DNA of 64,000 nucleotides from a virus. Under the pieces are notes generated by a model. The model saw only the letters and a program-made list of their open reading frames with translations. It was not told the origin of the DNA and did not search any database. The stretch is taken from the IMG/VR virus record IMGVR_UViG_3300045988_122538; one strand, 5' to 3'. The first letter of the stretch is position 1; every line of letters begins with the position of its first letter. Below are positions 27,578 through 35,816 of the stretch, in pieces. A program made the position numbers and the translations under genes.

Positions 27578-28519
27578 ATGAGAACACCAAAGCAGATATT
27601 TGAAAAGCTCAGTGAAGATGTAATTGGTCAAGATAGTGCTAAGAAAATTCTGAGTACTGCAATCTATGCTCATTACAAGAGATGTTCTAATCCAGATGCT
27701 GAGATTGAAAAGTCTAATATCATTATGATAGGACCGACTGGTACAGGTAAAACCTTAATTGCTAAGACGCTTGCAAAGGTTATGAGCTTACCAATCGCAA
27801 TTGCAGATGCCACGAGTTTAACACAGGCCGGCTATGTAGGCGAGGATGTTGAAAATTGCTTGCTACGCCTGCTACAGGCCGCAAATGGCAATGTCAAATT
27901 AGCTGAACGAGGTATACTGTTTATTGATGAAATCGACAAGATTGGACGTAAAAGTGAATCTCCTTCTATTACAAGGGATGTAAGTGGAGAAGGTGTTCAG
28001 CAAGCTCTACTGAAGATGATTGAAGGATCTATTGTAAACGTACCAGCAGAGGGTGGACGTAAAAGACCTGATGGTGTAGGATATATTCCTATGGATACGT
28101 CAAATATATTGTTCATTTGTTCAGGTGCATTTGAAGGTCTAAGTAACAAAAGCTATATAGATACGTATGATCTTGTTAAATTTGGTATGATGCCTGAGTT
28201 ACTTGGACGATTACCAATTGTAGCTAAACTCAATCCGCTAACATATGAAGACATCTATAACATTATTGATGGTCCTAAGAATTCTATTCTAAATCAATAC
28301 AAGAAGTTATTTGCATTAGATAAGTGCAACCTTGAATTTGAAGAAGAAGCACTTCAACAAATTGCAAAATATGCCAAAAACAAAAATATAGGTGCAAGAG
28401 GTCTTAGAAGCATTTTTGAAGATGTATTGCTAGATTATCAATTTCAACTACCTGATATATCAGAATGTAAAGTAACAGAAGAGGATGTTATCCGAAAATT
28501 GAGAATCAAACACATGTAA
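27578..28519 (+). CDS. clpX: ClpX-family AAA+ unfoldase lacking the N-terminal zinc-binding domain
   Basis: [12 protein letters not shown], Walker [17 protein letters not shown], Walker [25 protein letters not shown], sensor ARGLRSI. Only about 15 aa precede the AAA+ core, and there is no C4 cluster. Confidence 0.85.
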   Translation: MRTPKQIFEKLSEDVIGQDSAKKILSTAIYAHYKRCSNPDAEIEKSNIIMIGPTGTGKTLIAKTLAKVMSLPIAIADATSLTQAGYVGEDVENCLLRLLQAANGNVKLAERGILFIDEIDKIGRKSESPSITRDVSGEGVQQALLKMIEGSIVNVPAEGGRKRPDGVGYIPMDTSNILFICSGAFEGLSNKSYIDTYDLVKFGMMPELLGRLPIVAKLNPLTYEDIYNIIDGPKNSILNQYKKLFALDKCNLEFEEEALQQIAKYAKNKNIGARGLRSIFEDVLLDYQFQLPDISECKVTEEDVIRKLRIKHM

Positions 28520-28538
28520 ACACAACTCTCAAGAAGTT

Positions 28539-28549
28539 GAATCGTTATA
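28539..28549 (+). promoter_or_regulatory. Recurrent motif GAATCGTTATA with upstream CACAACTCTCAA box
   Basis: Intergenic, 59 nt upstream of the ATG at 28608. Confidence 0.45.
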
Positions 28550-28607
28550 TAACGTGTAGTAAATATCTACATCAAAATTCTATTTGAACAATCAGGAGGT
28601 AATTATC

Positions 28608-29582
28608 ATGAGCGCAAATATTGATACACTGCTGTATGTTGGTGAAACACCATGGCACGGACTTGGTACTAGGTATGCATCTGCACCTACAACTGCTGAA
28701 GAGGTGATTCGCGGTGCACATCTTGACTGGACAGTTGCTGCTGATCCAATGTTTACTGCACATCATGACAAGGTTCAGAACTACCATGCAATTTATCGCG
28801 AAGATGCAGATTTCGTACTTGGAGTAGTAAACAAACAATATCCAGTACTTGTTCAGAATGTCGATGCATTTTCTGCATTTGATAATCTAATTGGTTCTGA
28901 CGTATCTGTTGAAACTGCTGCAAGTCTTGGTTTCGGAGAAAGAGTATTTGGCTGTTTCAAAATCAATGAAAAGTATAAGGTTCTGGATGATGAAATCGAA
29001 CACTATCTGGTAGTGTTTAACGATCATCTCAAAGCTGACGGAAAGATTACAGTCCTCAACACACCGGTTAGAGTTGTATGCCAGAATACATTATCGGCTG
29101 CTCTCAGTGACAATCTGTTGAAATACAGAATCAAATGCAGTCATGATGATGCTATCAATTCATCACTTGCATCACATATCTTGGAAGCTTCTAAGAAGAG
29201 CAAAAAGGCACTCATTGAGAGATCTGAAGAGTTGCTCAGTCGTAAGGTAACAAGGGAAACTGTTGAGAAAATTCTTGACGAACTGTTCCCTTATATCAAA
29301 GTGGAAGGTGAGTCTACACATACTCGTGCAAATGAACGTACTGCAATGATGCGAGAAACATTCTTAACAAAATGTATGGGTGCAGATAACCTCGCAAATT
29401 ACCGTGGTACACATTATCAGGTATTCAATGCACTGACAGACTTCACTCAGCACTATTTCAAGAATTCTGACAATGGTCTTGATCTTGAATCTAGAATGAA
29501 GCTCTTGCCAGGTTCTGGTTCCGAATCAGCATCAAGTAAGGTATCTAAGTTTCTCAATATGTCTGGTAAGCTGATTGCTTAA
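28608..29582 (+). CDS. DUF932-family (phage/plasmid-like) protein
   Basis: N-terminal VGETPWHGLG and overall length fit the DUF932 / TIGR03299 pattern. ATG at 28608 follows AGGAGGT. Confidence 0.6.
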   Translation: MSANIDTLLYVGETPWHGLGTRYASAPTTAEEVIRGAHLDWTVAADPMFTAHHDKVQNYHAIYREDADFVLGVVNKQYPVLVQNVDAFSAFDNLIGSDVSVETAASLGFGERVFGCFKINEKYKVLDDEIEHYLVVFNDHLKADGKITVLNTPVRVVCQNTLSAALSDNLLKYRIKCSHDDAINSSLASHILEASKKSKKALIERSEELLSRKVTRETVEKILDELFPYIKVEGESTHTRANERTAMMRETFLTKCMGADNLANYRGTHYQVFNALTDFTQHYFKNSDNGLDLESRMKLLPGSGSESASSKVSKFLNMSGKLIA

Positions 29583-29611
29583 CTACCTAACATAAAGCTC
29601 ATCTAATACAA

Positions 29612-29648
29612 ATGCCCTGCCGAATATGGTAGGGCATATTTTTTTTTG
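29612..29648. terminator. Bidirectional intrinsic terminator between convergent genes
   Basis: ATGCCCT (29612-18) pairs with AGGGCAT (29631-37). It is flanked by an A-rich tract 5' and TTTTTTTTT 3'. Confidence 0.8.
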
Positions 29649-29654
29649 TTTATA

Positions 29655-30434
29655 TCAATAATTCATTTGACCTTTAACTAATCGGTCATGTAAAATATTC
29701 ATAGCCCTAGGCAACGCTGATTTAAGCGTCCAATAATCAATAGAGTATAGGTCTGATAATTCTCGCAAATCTCCATCAGATAATTTTGATTCGTTTGATA
29801 CCATCTCATGTATAAGTAACTCTTCTACACTGTTATAATTATCTGTCAAGTATCTAGATATGTCAGTATGCTGTGTATCAGGTGCTTCTATATACATTTC
29901 ATGATCAGCAAGGTCTGCCCAGTAAACAGCACCAAACATAGCTTTGAGACTATTCATTTCATCTGCGGGTAATTTAACATGTGCTAGATCTTCATACTTA
30001 ACTTGTCCCCAATGCTTTCCAAGCTGTTCCCCAGCTTTCATACATAATGAACGACGTAATGAGTATTTAACTGTATTCAATTCTCGTTCAATCATTTCAC
30101 CTAATCTCAAAGTGAAGAAGCTTGAAAACGACAGATCAGTGCGGTACTTCTTAGACCATCTGTACCACCACCAACACTTACAGAAGTTACATAATGCTGA
30201 TTGAAGTTTATCCTCATACTCAATAGATGGATTATTGATATATGTACGAGAAGCAACATATCCAAAAAATGAATAATTGAGTTTGATAACTTCATCTCTT
30301 ATGTCTAATCTGCTTTTGCGTTCTTCTTCATCCTGAGGTAGCGAATCATATAATTCAATAGTGCGTTTCTTTACATCAGAATACTGCTTATTGACTTCCA
30401 TAACTTTTGACCTACCTTTCAATAGATGATTCAA
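29655..30434 (-). CDS. Sigma-70-family-like transcription factor (only minus-strand gene)
   Basis: Region-2-like IRDEVIKLNYSFFGYVASRTY...EDKLQSALCNFCKCWWWYR...FSSFFTLRLGEMIEREL. Region-4-like LSDGDLRELSDLYSIDYWTLKSALPRAMNILHDRL. An alternative start MEVNK is at 30401, after AAAGGTAGG. Confidence 0.5.
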   Translation of the reverse strand: MNHLLKGRSKVMEVNKQYSDVKKRTIELYDSLPQDEEERKSRLDIRDEVIKLNYSFFGYVASRTYINNPSIEYEDKLQSALCNFCKCWWWYRWSKKYRTDLSFSSFFTLRLGEMIERELNTVKYSLRRSLCMKAGEQLGKHWGQVKYEDLAHVKLPADEMNSLKAMFGAVYWADLADHEMYIEAPDTQHTDISRYLTDNYNSVEELLIHEMVSNESKLSDGDLRELSDLYSIDYWTLKSALPRAMNILHDRLVKGQMNY

Positions 30435-30464
30435 TATATATATGTTATAATTATATTATATAAT

Positions 30465-30478
30465 ATCTTCGTGAAGAT
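30465..30478. promoter_or_regulatory. Perfect 6-2-6 palindrome ATCTTC-GT-GAAGAT in the leader/promoter of the minus-strand gene
   Basis: Read directly from the sequence. Operator-like geometry. Confidence 0.3.
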
Positions 30479-30498
30479 GTCAATATAATTCAGGTATT

Positions 30499-30508
30499 TT
30501 AACGATTC
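30499..30508 (-). promoter_or_regulatory. Minus-strand variant of the recurrent motif (GAATCGTTAA)
   Basis: The reverse complement of TTAACGATTC reads TTGAATCGTTAAAA. It lies about 65 nt upstream of the minus-strand start at 30434. Confidence 0.3.
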
Positions 30509-30522
30509 AATTTTGTACGACC

Positions 30523-30755
30523 AAAAACAACCAAAAACACCATAATTGGTATTTTGAAAAGTGGTGAAAACTGGTGTTTTCAAAAATAGTTAAAATAGCT
30601 ACTTTTTGACAAAAACCATTAAAAACGCCAGATTTGATTACAAAAGTGGTGAAAACGCCGGATTTCTAAATTTGCATATTTGAAGGTTTTGTTAAGTAAA
30701 AACAACCGAAAACACCATAATTGGTATTTTGAAAAGTGGTGAAAACGCCGGATTT
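30523..30755. repeat. Iteron array (candidate replication origin / initiator binding sites)
   Basis: A 49-bp unit AAAAACAACC(A/G)AAAACACCATAATTGGTATTTTGAAAAGTGGTGAAAAC occurs at 30523-30571 and 30698-30746 with one mismatch. The sub-unit AAAAGTGGTGAAAAC occurs three times (30557, 30642, 30732). AAAACGCC(G/A)GATTT occurs three times (30622, 30652, 30742). There is an inverted pair AAAACACCA / TGGTGTTTT (30534-42 / 30572-80). Confidence 0.8.
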
Positions 30756-30840
30756 GACCGCATTATATATAAACAAATATATAAATAGAATATATAAGAA
30801 TATGTAATATGTGTAAATATATGTAATTATAGAATCACAC
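30756..30840. other. Extremely AT-rich tract next to the iterons (possible DNA unwinding element)
   Basis: ATATATAAACAAATATATAAATAGAATATATAAGAATATGTAATATGTGTAAATATATGTAATTATAG, with ATGTAAT-like reiterations. Confidence 0.35.
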
Positions 30841-30930
30841 TCAAAATAATAAAATAGCTCTTTTTGCTGTTTTTGTTTTATTCTGAATCTGTGCGTCGAC
30901 CTCTATTTCAGATTGAACTACTAACAAGGT

Positions 30931-30941
30931 GATTCGTTATA
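30931..30941 (+). promoter_or_regulatory. Recurrent motif GATTCGTTATA
   Basis: Sits in the large non-coding region, 78 nt upstream of the consensus promoter at 31009. Confidence 0.4.
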
Positions 30942-31008
30942 TACTATGAGCCCCCACCACTCAGGTGAAATATGTTGAAAAAAAATATTGAGGAAATTCA
31001 AAAAATGC

Positions 31009-31037
31009 TTGACTTTTTATTCAATAGGGCTTATAAT
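31009..31037 (+). promoter_or_regulatory. Consensus sigma-A/sigma-70 promoter
   Basis: TTGACT (31009-14), a 17-nt spacer, then TATAAT (31032-37), followed by ATACATGTAG. Upstream AAAAATGCTTGACTTTTT is shared with the promoter at 39678. Confidence 0.7.
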
Positions 31038-31043
31038 ATACAT

Positions 31044-31195
31044 GTAGAATAAATTTGTTATCATTATTGCAGGTAATGATTTCGACTGTATAAGGCTAAC
31101 AAGGCCTGCAAACTTGTTAGCATAGAGCTTATTAAGGCCTGCAAACTTATGTAGCTCTTCATGACAGTCGAAATCATTGCCTGCAATTTTTTTTA
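31044..31195 (+). ncRNA. Candidate structured leader/sRNA: three-way junction closed by a 24-bp stem plus a U8 tract
   Basis: The outer stem is 31066-31089 with 31164-31187 (23 Watson-Crick pairs plus one G-U valid only in the + strand RNA). Hairpin 1 is 31095-31121 and hairpin 2 is 31124-31158. Both display the identical 11-nt loop GGCCUGCAAAC. T8 is at 31187-31194. The 5' end is inferred from the promoter. Confidence 0.5.
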
Positions 31196-31245
31196 TTTCG
31201 TCAAAAGATTATCTGGATTATAAACAAAGAGAAGGATGTGGTCAC

Positions 31246-32226
31246 ATGGATATGCAAAGTGCTGAAAAGGTAGCGGACAAGCTATTGACGTTTGTACAAT
31301 CTGTCGCCATGTCTGATTCTAAGTTATATGGTAAATCTAAACAGAGACTTCAAAGTATTGCAAATGTTTGTTCTCAAGTTGTAACAGCTGTTTCTGGGAT
31401 ATTGCAAACTGAAATACTTGAATCTGATCAACAAGAGTTTGAATCTAAACCTGATGTAGATATCTACGAACAAGTAGCATCTCTCAGTGCTGAGATAGAA
31501 AAACTCAAGGAATTTATACAGTTCCCTGCTTCTAATGAATGTGATCCTGTTGTTAATAATGAACTTGTTGAGGATGATTCTGTAGCGGAATCTAGTGATT
31601 CAGATATTGATGTTATGTCATCTAATGACAATGTTTCTGAAAATATTGATGATGCTAAATTATCACCCGACGAAATGAAATCAATTGTAAGTAAGTACGG
31701 TTGTGTGCTTAAAAATGCTGCTAATACTGATTGTGGTATACCTGCAGGTAACCAAGTAACAAACATTTTGTGGAAATGGTTCCAAGCCCGCATATTTACT
31801 AAATATAGTAATGCACCACCATTTCACTATAGCGTACATAGATTCAAAAGCATCATATATTCTTTTATTGTCTTATATGGCAAGCATTTTGAAGATGGTA
31901 CTGTTGAGCTATTTTTACGCTACTTTGAAGACTGGATTTCGTCACTCAGTACATCTCATGAGAGTAACAAATGGATAGCTCCTTATGATGTATATCAAAT
32001 AGAGAGAGCTGTAGATACAAATCATGCGAATCTTACAGCTGTTGTTCTGTATGATGTGTTAATGGATACAGTTCTAAAACCTCTTTTAGATAAGAAGTCA
32101 GACGGGTATTATCTATGCGATTCTGGAATATATGATATGGTCTATTCATCAAATTCATCATGTCTTGATAACTATACAAATTACAAGTATGACCCTAGCA
32201 TATTAGAATCGTTAAAACTTATGTAA
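31246..32226 (+). CDS. Hypothetical acidic protein (first gene of the replication module)
   Basis: ATG at 31246 chosen. The track start 31177 lies inside the terminator stem. No motif recognised. Confidence 0.55.
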   Translation: MDMQSAEKVADKLLTFVQSVAMSDSKLYGKSKQRLQSIANVCSQVVTAVSGILQTEILESDQQEFESKPDVDIYEQVASLSAEIEKLKEFIQFPASNECDPVVNNELVEDDSVAESSDSDIDVMSSNDNVSENIDDAKLSPDEMKSIVSKYGCVLKNAANTDCGIPAGNQVTNILWKWFQARIFTKYSNAPPFHYSVHRFKSIIYSFIVLYGKHFEDGTVELFLRYFEDWISSLSTSHESNKWIAPYDVYQIERAVDTNHANLTAVVLYDVLMDTVLKPLLDKKSDGYYLCDSGIYDMVYSSNSSCLDNYTNYKYDPSILESLKLM

Positions 32227-32246
32227 TCTAAAAGAAAGGAGATGTT

Positions 32247-33410
32247 TTGACCATGGTGAAATTTACGCAGTTACCTGATAAGCTTATTTATCCAGCACGT
32301 ATTAGAGCAAAGCTGTCAACATTACATTCTGATGTGATAACTTATGTAGTATCTAATTTCAAGAATACTGCTAAGTACAAGCGTCAAGTTGTTGATACAT
32401 TGAATACAATTTCTGTGTATATTAAAAACAATGATGCTTTACCTTCTGATTGGAGTGTTTCTAATCCATTGACCAATCTAGAGTTGTTGGATTCTAGCTT
32501 TTGTGAAGATACATTAGGTAACTTATGTATCAAAGTTAAGGATATAATTTGGGACGTTCAAGAGTCTGAAACAGATGAACAGATATCTACAGATACAGTT
32601 GTTACTGCAAAAACTTCATCCGAAGATACTGTAACTTCGTCTAAGGTTGTAAATGTCAAACCTAAACGTGATATAGGTGTTGTTGTATCTCCAACTCCTA
32701 AAGAAAATCTGTATATAAAGCCTCCGACCATTCCACAATTTGATGCGTCTAAACCTTGGTTACAGTCTCAATTAAATCAAAATGTATACACAATATATGA
32801 ATCTCTTCCTATCATACCTGTTAATCAGAGTCAGATATCTGTAACTACTGATGTTTCAAAAATGACTATCATGGATATGATGAAATTGTATCCTAATCAT
32901 TTTATTCGGACAAGAGCAGCAACTATGTATGAAAATCATAATGGTTTGACTCTTGATGATGACATTGGTATTATTTTGCCGATTGTAGGTTTCAGCCCGA
33001 CTCAGGTTAAAGATAACATTATCAAATATCCGCACATATACAAACTTACTCGATACATGAATAATAAATTCACTAGTTTTTATTCAAATATCGAGATTGA
33101 CGGTGAGTTACATGATACGCTTTCCATTTGGGATAGTTTACCTGATAGCAAGAAGATGCCTCGTAATTCAGAGTTCATAAAAGAGTATGTAGTTCGGAGA
33201 TATTTACTAGAACGTGATATTCTTGGAGTAGAGCATAAGTATCCGTTGTTTGGGACACTAGAACCGTTCTTAACATTATTCACAACATCTGATGATTATA
33301 TCCGACTTGGATATACAGATGTTACTGATATTGCAAAACAATGTGTGATATCTAGAGTAAGTTATAAGCGGTCAAGAAATCCAATACTAAGGATGGTGTA
33401 TAATGAATAA
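32247..33410 (+). CDS. Hypothetical protein (possible origin-binding/initiator, by position only)
   Basis: 387-aa ORF between the iteron region and the loader/helicase genes. RBS AAAGGAG upstream. TTG at 32247 or ATG at 32253. Confidence 0.5.
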   Translation: MTMVKFTQLPDKLIYPARIRAKLSTLHSDVITYVVSNFKNTAKYKRQVVDTLNTISVYIKNNDALPSDWSVSNPLTNLELLDSSFCEDTLGNLCIKVKDIIWDVQESETDEQISTDTVVTAKTSSEDTVTSSKVVNVKPKRDIGVVVSPTPKENLYIKPPTIPQFDASKPWLQSQLNQNVYTIYESLPIIPVNQSQISVTTDVSKMTIMDMMKLYPNHFIRTRAATMYENHNGLTLDDDIGIILPIVGFSPTQVKDNIIKYPHIYKLTRYMNNKFTSFYSNIEIDGELHDTLSIWDSLPDSKKMPRNSEFIKEYVVRRYLLERDILGVEHKYPLFGTLEPFLTLFTTSDDYIRLGYTDVTDIAKQCVISRVSYKRSRNPILRMVYNE

Positions 33411-33990
33411 CTGTATATTTACTGCTCATTGCACAGAACCTGTTTGTGATAAATCTTGTCCTATATTGTCAGAGACATCTTATTTGCTAGAACGAAATGG
33501 GTTATCATTTGATAATGCAGTATTCCATTCTTCTACTAAAGACATCAACAATGCTTTATATGCATTGCATAAATCAGATGGTAAATTAGCTACAGTTGTT
33601 TCTGACGATACAATTAGATCAAGTAATCTGCTTACATACTGTGCAATATGCGAAAATTGGCAAGGTAATAGATTACATTGTAATGTATATCATTTGAAGT
33701 TCTCTAATCATGTTGAAGCAATACAACGAAGTTGGTCAAATAAGAATACATCAGATTCGCTTGAATATGAACAAATATGGTCGTCTAGTGCTAAAATACT
33801 GATCATTTCTAATATAGATTATGTTCAATTCAAGGACTTTCAGTCACAGACATTATTGAATCTCATTCATAACCGTATGAATAATAACCTTACTACTATA
33901 GTAGTATCACCTAACCTGTCAGCTCTTATTGGTAATGGTTTGTTTTTCAGTAAACTTGTTAAGATACTAGATAAGGCGGTGATTAAGTGA
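33403..33990 (+). CDS. DnaC/DnaI-like helicase loader with a degenerate Walker A (tentative)
   Basis: AKILIISNIDYVQF...QTLLNLIHNRMNNNLTTIVVSPN mirrors the DnaC pattern LLIIDDLG...LF.LI..R....TIITSN. No GxxGxGKT is present. Sits immediately upstream of the DnaB-like helicase. Confidence 0.4.
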   Translation: MNNCIFTAHCTEPVCDKSCPILSETSYLLERNGLSFDNAVFHSSTKDINNALYALHKSDGKLATVVSDDTIRSSNLLTYCAICENWQGNRLHCNVYHLKFSNHVEAIQRSWSNKNTSDSLEYEQIWSSSAKILIISNIDYVQFKDFQSQTLLNLIHNRMNNNLTTIVVSPNLSALIGNGLFFSKLVKILDKAVIK

Positions 33991-35333
33991 TAACATCAAT
34001 TGAACTCCAAGTTATATCAAGAATCCTTACAAGCGATTCAATAAATGAGATAAATACATTATGTGGGTTTGATGATTCATATTATTCTGTATTTAAGGAA
34101 CATATTCAATTCATACTGAATCATAAAGAGCGGTACAATGATGTACCTGATGTATTTACCTTTCAATCACAATTCCCAGATATCACACTTGTAAAGGTTA
34201 CTGAAAGTTTATCTTATCTTGTAGATGAGTTAAACAAGAATAAGCAGCATATAATACTTTTGGAGACCTTCAATAAATTGAAGGATCTAGGTGCTGGGGA
34301 TGTTACAGACGCTTGGTCATACTTGAATGCTCAATGTGAAAAGGTTGCTCGGTTAGATTCAACTCAACCTTTGAACATTGTAAAAGACGCAAGAGAGCGA
34401 AGTAGACAAGTACAAGAATTCAGTAAACAACAAAGAATTCCTACTGGTTTTCCTGAGATTGATAAAGTAATGTACGGAGGGTTTTCAACAGTTGAGGAAC
34501 TTGTGATAGTAGTTGCACGTACTAACACCGGTAAGTCTTGGGTAGGTACAAGAATGATGGAGTCTGCTCAAGAGAACAAATTTCCAGCACTTTATTACTC
34601 TCCTGAGATGCAGGCTAGTTTCTTAGGTACACGTTTTGATACTTGGAGGGGTCATTTCAAAAATAGTGATCTACATCAAGGTAAATACGACGAACAGTAC
34701 TATAAATATCTAGATAATCTAGAGAAAGAAGAGACAGATGCATACATACTTGAGGATAAAGATGTACCAGGTGAAGTAGTAAACGTACCTGTACTTAGAA
34801 AAATAGTCAGAGCTAATAACATTAAGTTAGTTATAGTTGACGGCTTGTCTTATATGGAAGATAGCCAAGGTAAGGCAAGTGATTCTGATTACGTCAAATA
34901 TAAAAACTTATGTTCAGATCTATTTCGTATGAGCAAACAAGAGGGTTGTGCAGTTGTCGTTATGATGCAAGCGAATAGAGAATCTAAAGATAACAAAGAT
35001 GATAAAGGAGAAGTATTCCCAAATATTTATAATATCGAGGGATCTGACCATCCTGCACGTATAGCAACTCAAGTATTTGCAATGAGACAGATATTTGATA
35101 AGCATGTACTTGATATCCGTTTAGAAAAATCAAGAAATGCTAACAATCAAAAACCTGAATTCTCATATTCTTGGGATATCAATACAGGTAATATGCAATA
35201 TATACCCGGATCTCAAAGTGATTCTATCAGCACAGTAATTACACCACCTGTAAGCCCAGCTGGTATTGTATCTGCTCCTAAAGCTCCGGATGATATTGTT
35301 CTCGATGATTCTGATGACGAAGTTGAATTTTGA
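33987..35333 (+). CDS. dnaB: Replicative DNA helicase (DnaB family)
   Basis: Walker A ARTNTGKSW, Walker B LVIVDGLSYM, QANRE (the QLNR equivalent). 448 aa. Confidence 0.85.
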   Translation: MITSIELQVISRILTSDSINEINTLCGFDDSYYSVFKEHIQFILNHKERYNDVPDVFTFQSQFPDITLVKVTESLSYLVDELNKNKQHIILLETFNKLKDLGAGDVTDAWSYLNAQCEKVARLDSTQPLNIVKDARERSRQVQEFSKQQRIPTGFPEIDKVMYGGFSTVEELVIVVARTNTGKSWVGTRMMESAQENKFPALYYSPEMQASFLGTRFDTWRGHFKNSDLHQGKYDEQYYKYLDNLEKEETDAYILEDKDVPGEVVNVPVLRKIVRANNIKLVIVDGLSYMEDSQGKASDSDYVKYKNLCSDLFRMSKQEGCAVVVMMQANRESKDNKDDKGEVFPNIYNIEGSDHPARIATQVFAMRQIFDKHVLDIRLEKSRNANNQKPEFSYSWDINTGNMQYIPGSQSDSISTVITPPVSPAGIVSAPKAPDDIVLDDSDDEVEF

Positions 35334-35351
35334 TAGGAGGTAGAATATTTT

Positions 35352-35816
35352 ATGAGTGACTTCATCATATACACAGATGGTGCTTGTAGTGGTAATCCAG
35401 GTCCTGGTGGGTGGGCGTTTGTTGCTGTCGAATCAAATGGTACAGGTACTAAGATTGAATCATCTGGTTCTGAATTAAATACTACAAATAATCGTATGGA
35501 GCTAACCGCTGTTATCAACGGTATATCGTTTATAAAGGCTATTGCATATAGTTCTATGCTCATTCTTACTGACAGTAAATATATTGTAGATGCTGTCAAT
35601 CAAGGTTGGCTGAATAGCTGGGTAAGTAAGAATTGGAAGAAGTCAGATGGTAAACCAGTGCTCAATCAAGATTTATGGTCTAAATTGCTTGAATTGATGT
35701 CTATTTACAATGTTTCATTTCAATGGGTAAAAAGTCATGCAGGTATTCCTGAGAATGAACGCTGTGATGAATTAGCTCGAAAAGAGATAAAGAAGTTGAG
35801 GGAGCTATATGGTTGA
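35352..35816 (+). CDS. rnhA: Ribonuclease HI
   Basis: IYTDGACSGNPGPGGWA, TNNRMELTAV, TDSKY, WVKSHAGIPENERCDELA. Confidence 0.9.
   Translation: MSDFIIYTDGACSGNPGPGGWAFVAVESNGTGTKIESSGSELNTTNNRMELTAVINGISFIKAIAYSSMLILTDSKYIVDAVNQGWLNSWVSKNWKKSDGKPVLNQDLWSKLLELMSIYNVSFQWVKSHAGIPENERCDELARKEIKKLRELYG

Noticed and set aside
30523-30755. Could the 49-bp repeats be a CRISPR array?
   Set aside because: There are only two full copies plus partial sub-units. The spacing is irregular (126 bp between full copies, and that interval itself contains sub-repeats). No cas genes or leader are present. An iteron/operator interpretation fits better.
31177-31245. The track start of ORF 31177-32226 (MPAIFFISSKDYLDYKQREGCGH...)
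   Set aside because: The first 23 codons would be translated from the terminator 3' arm and the U-tract, with no RBS. The in-frame ATG at 31246 was preferred.
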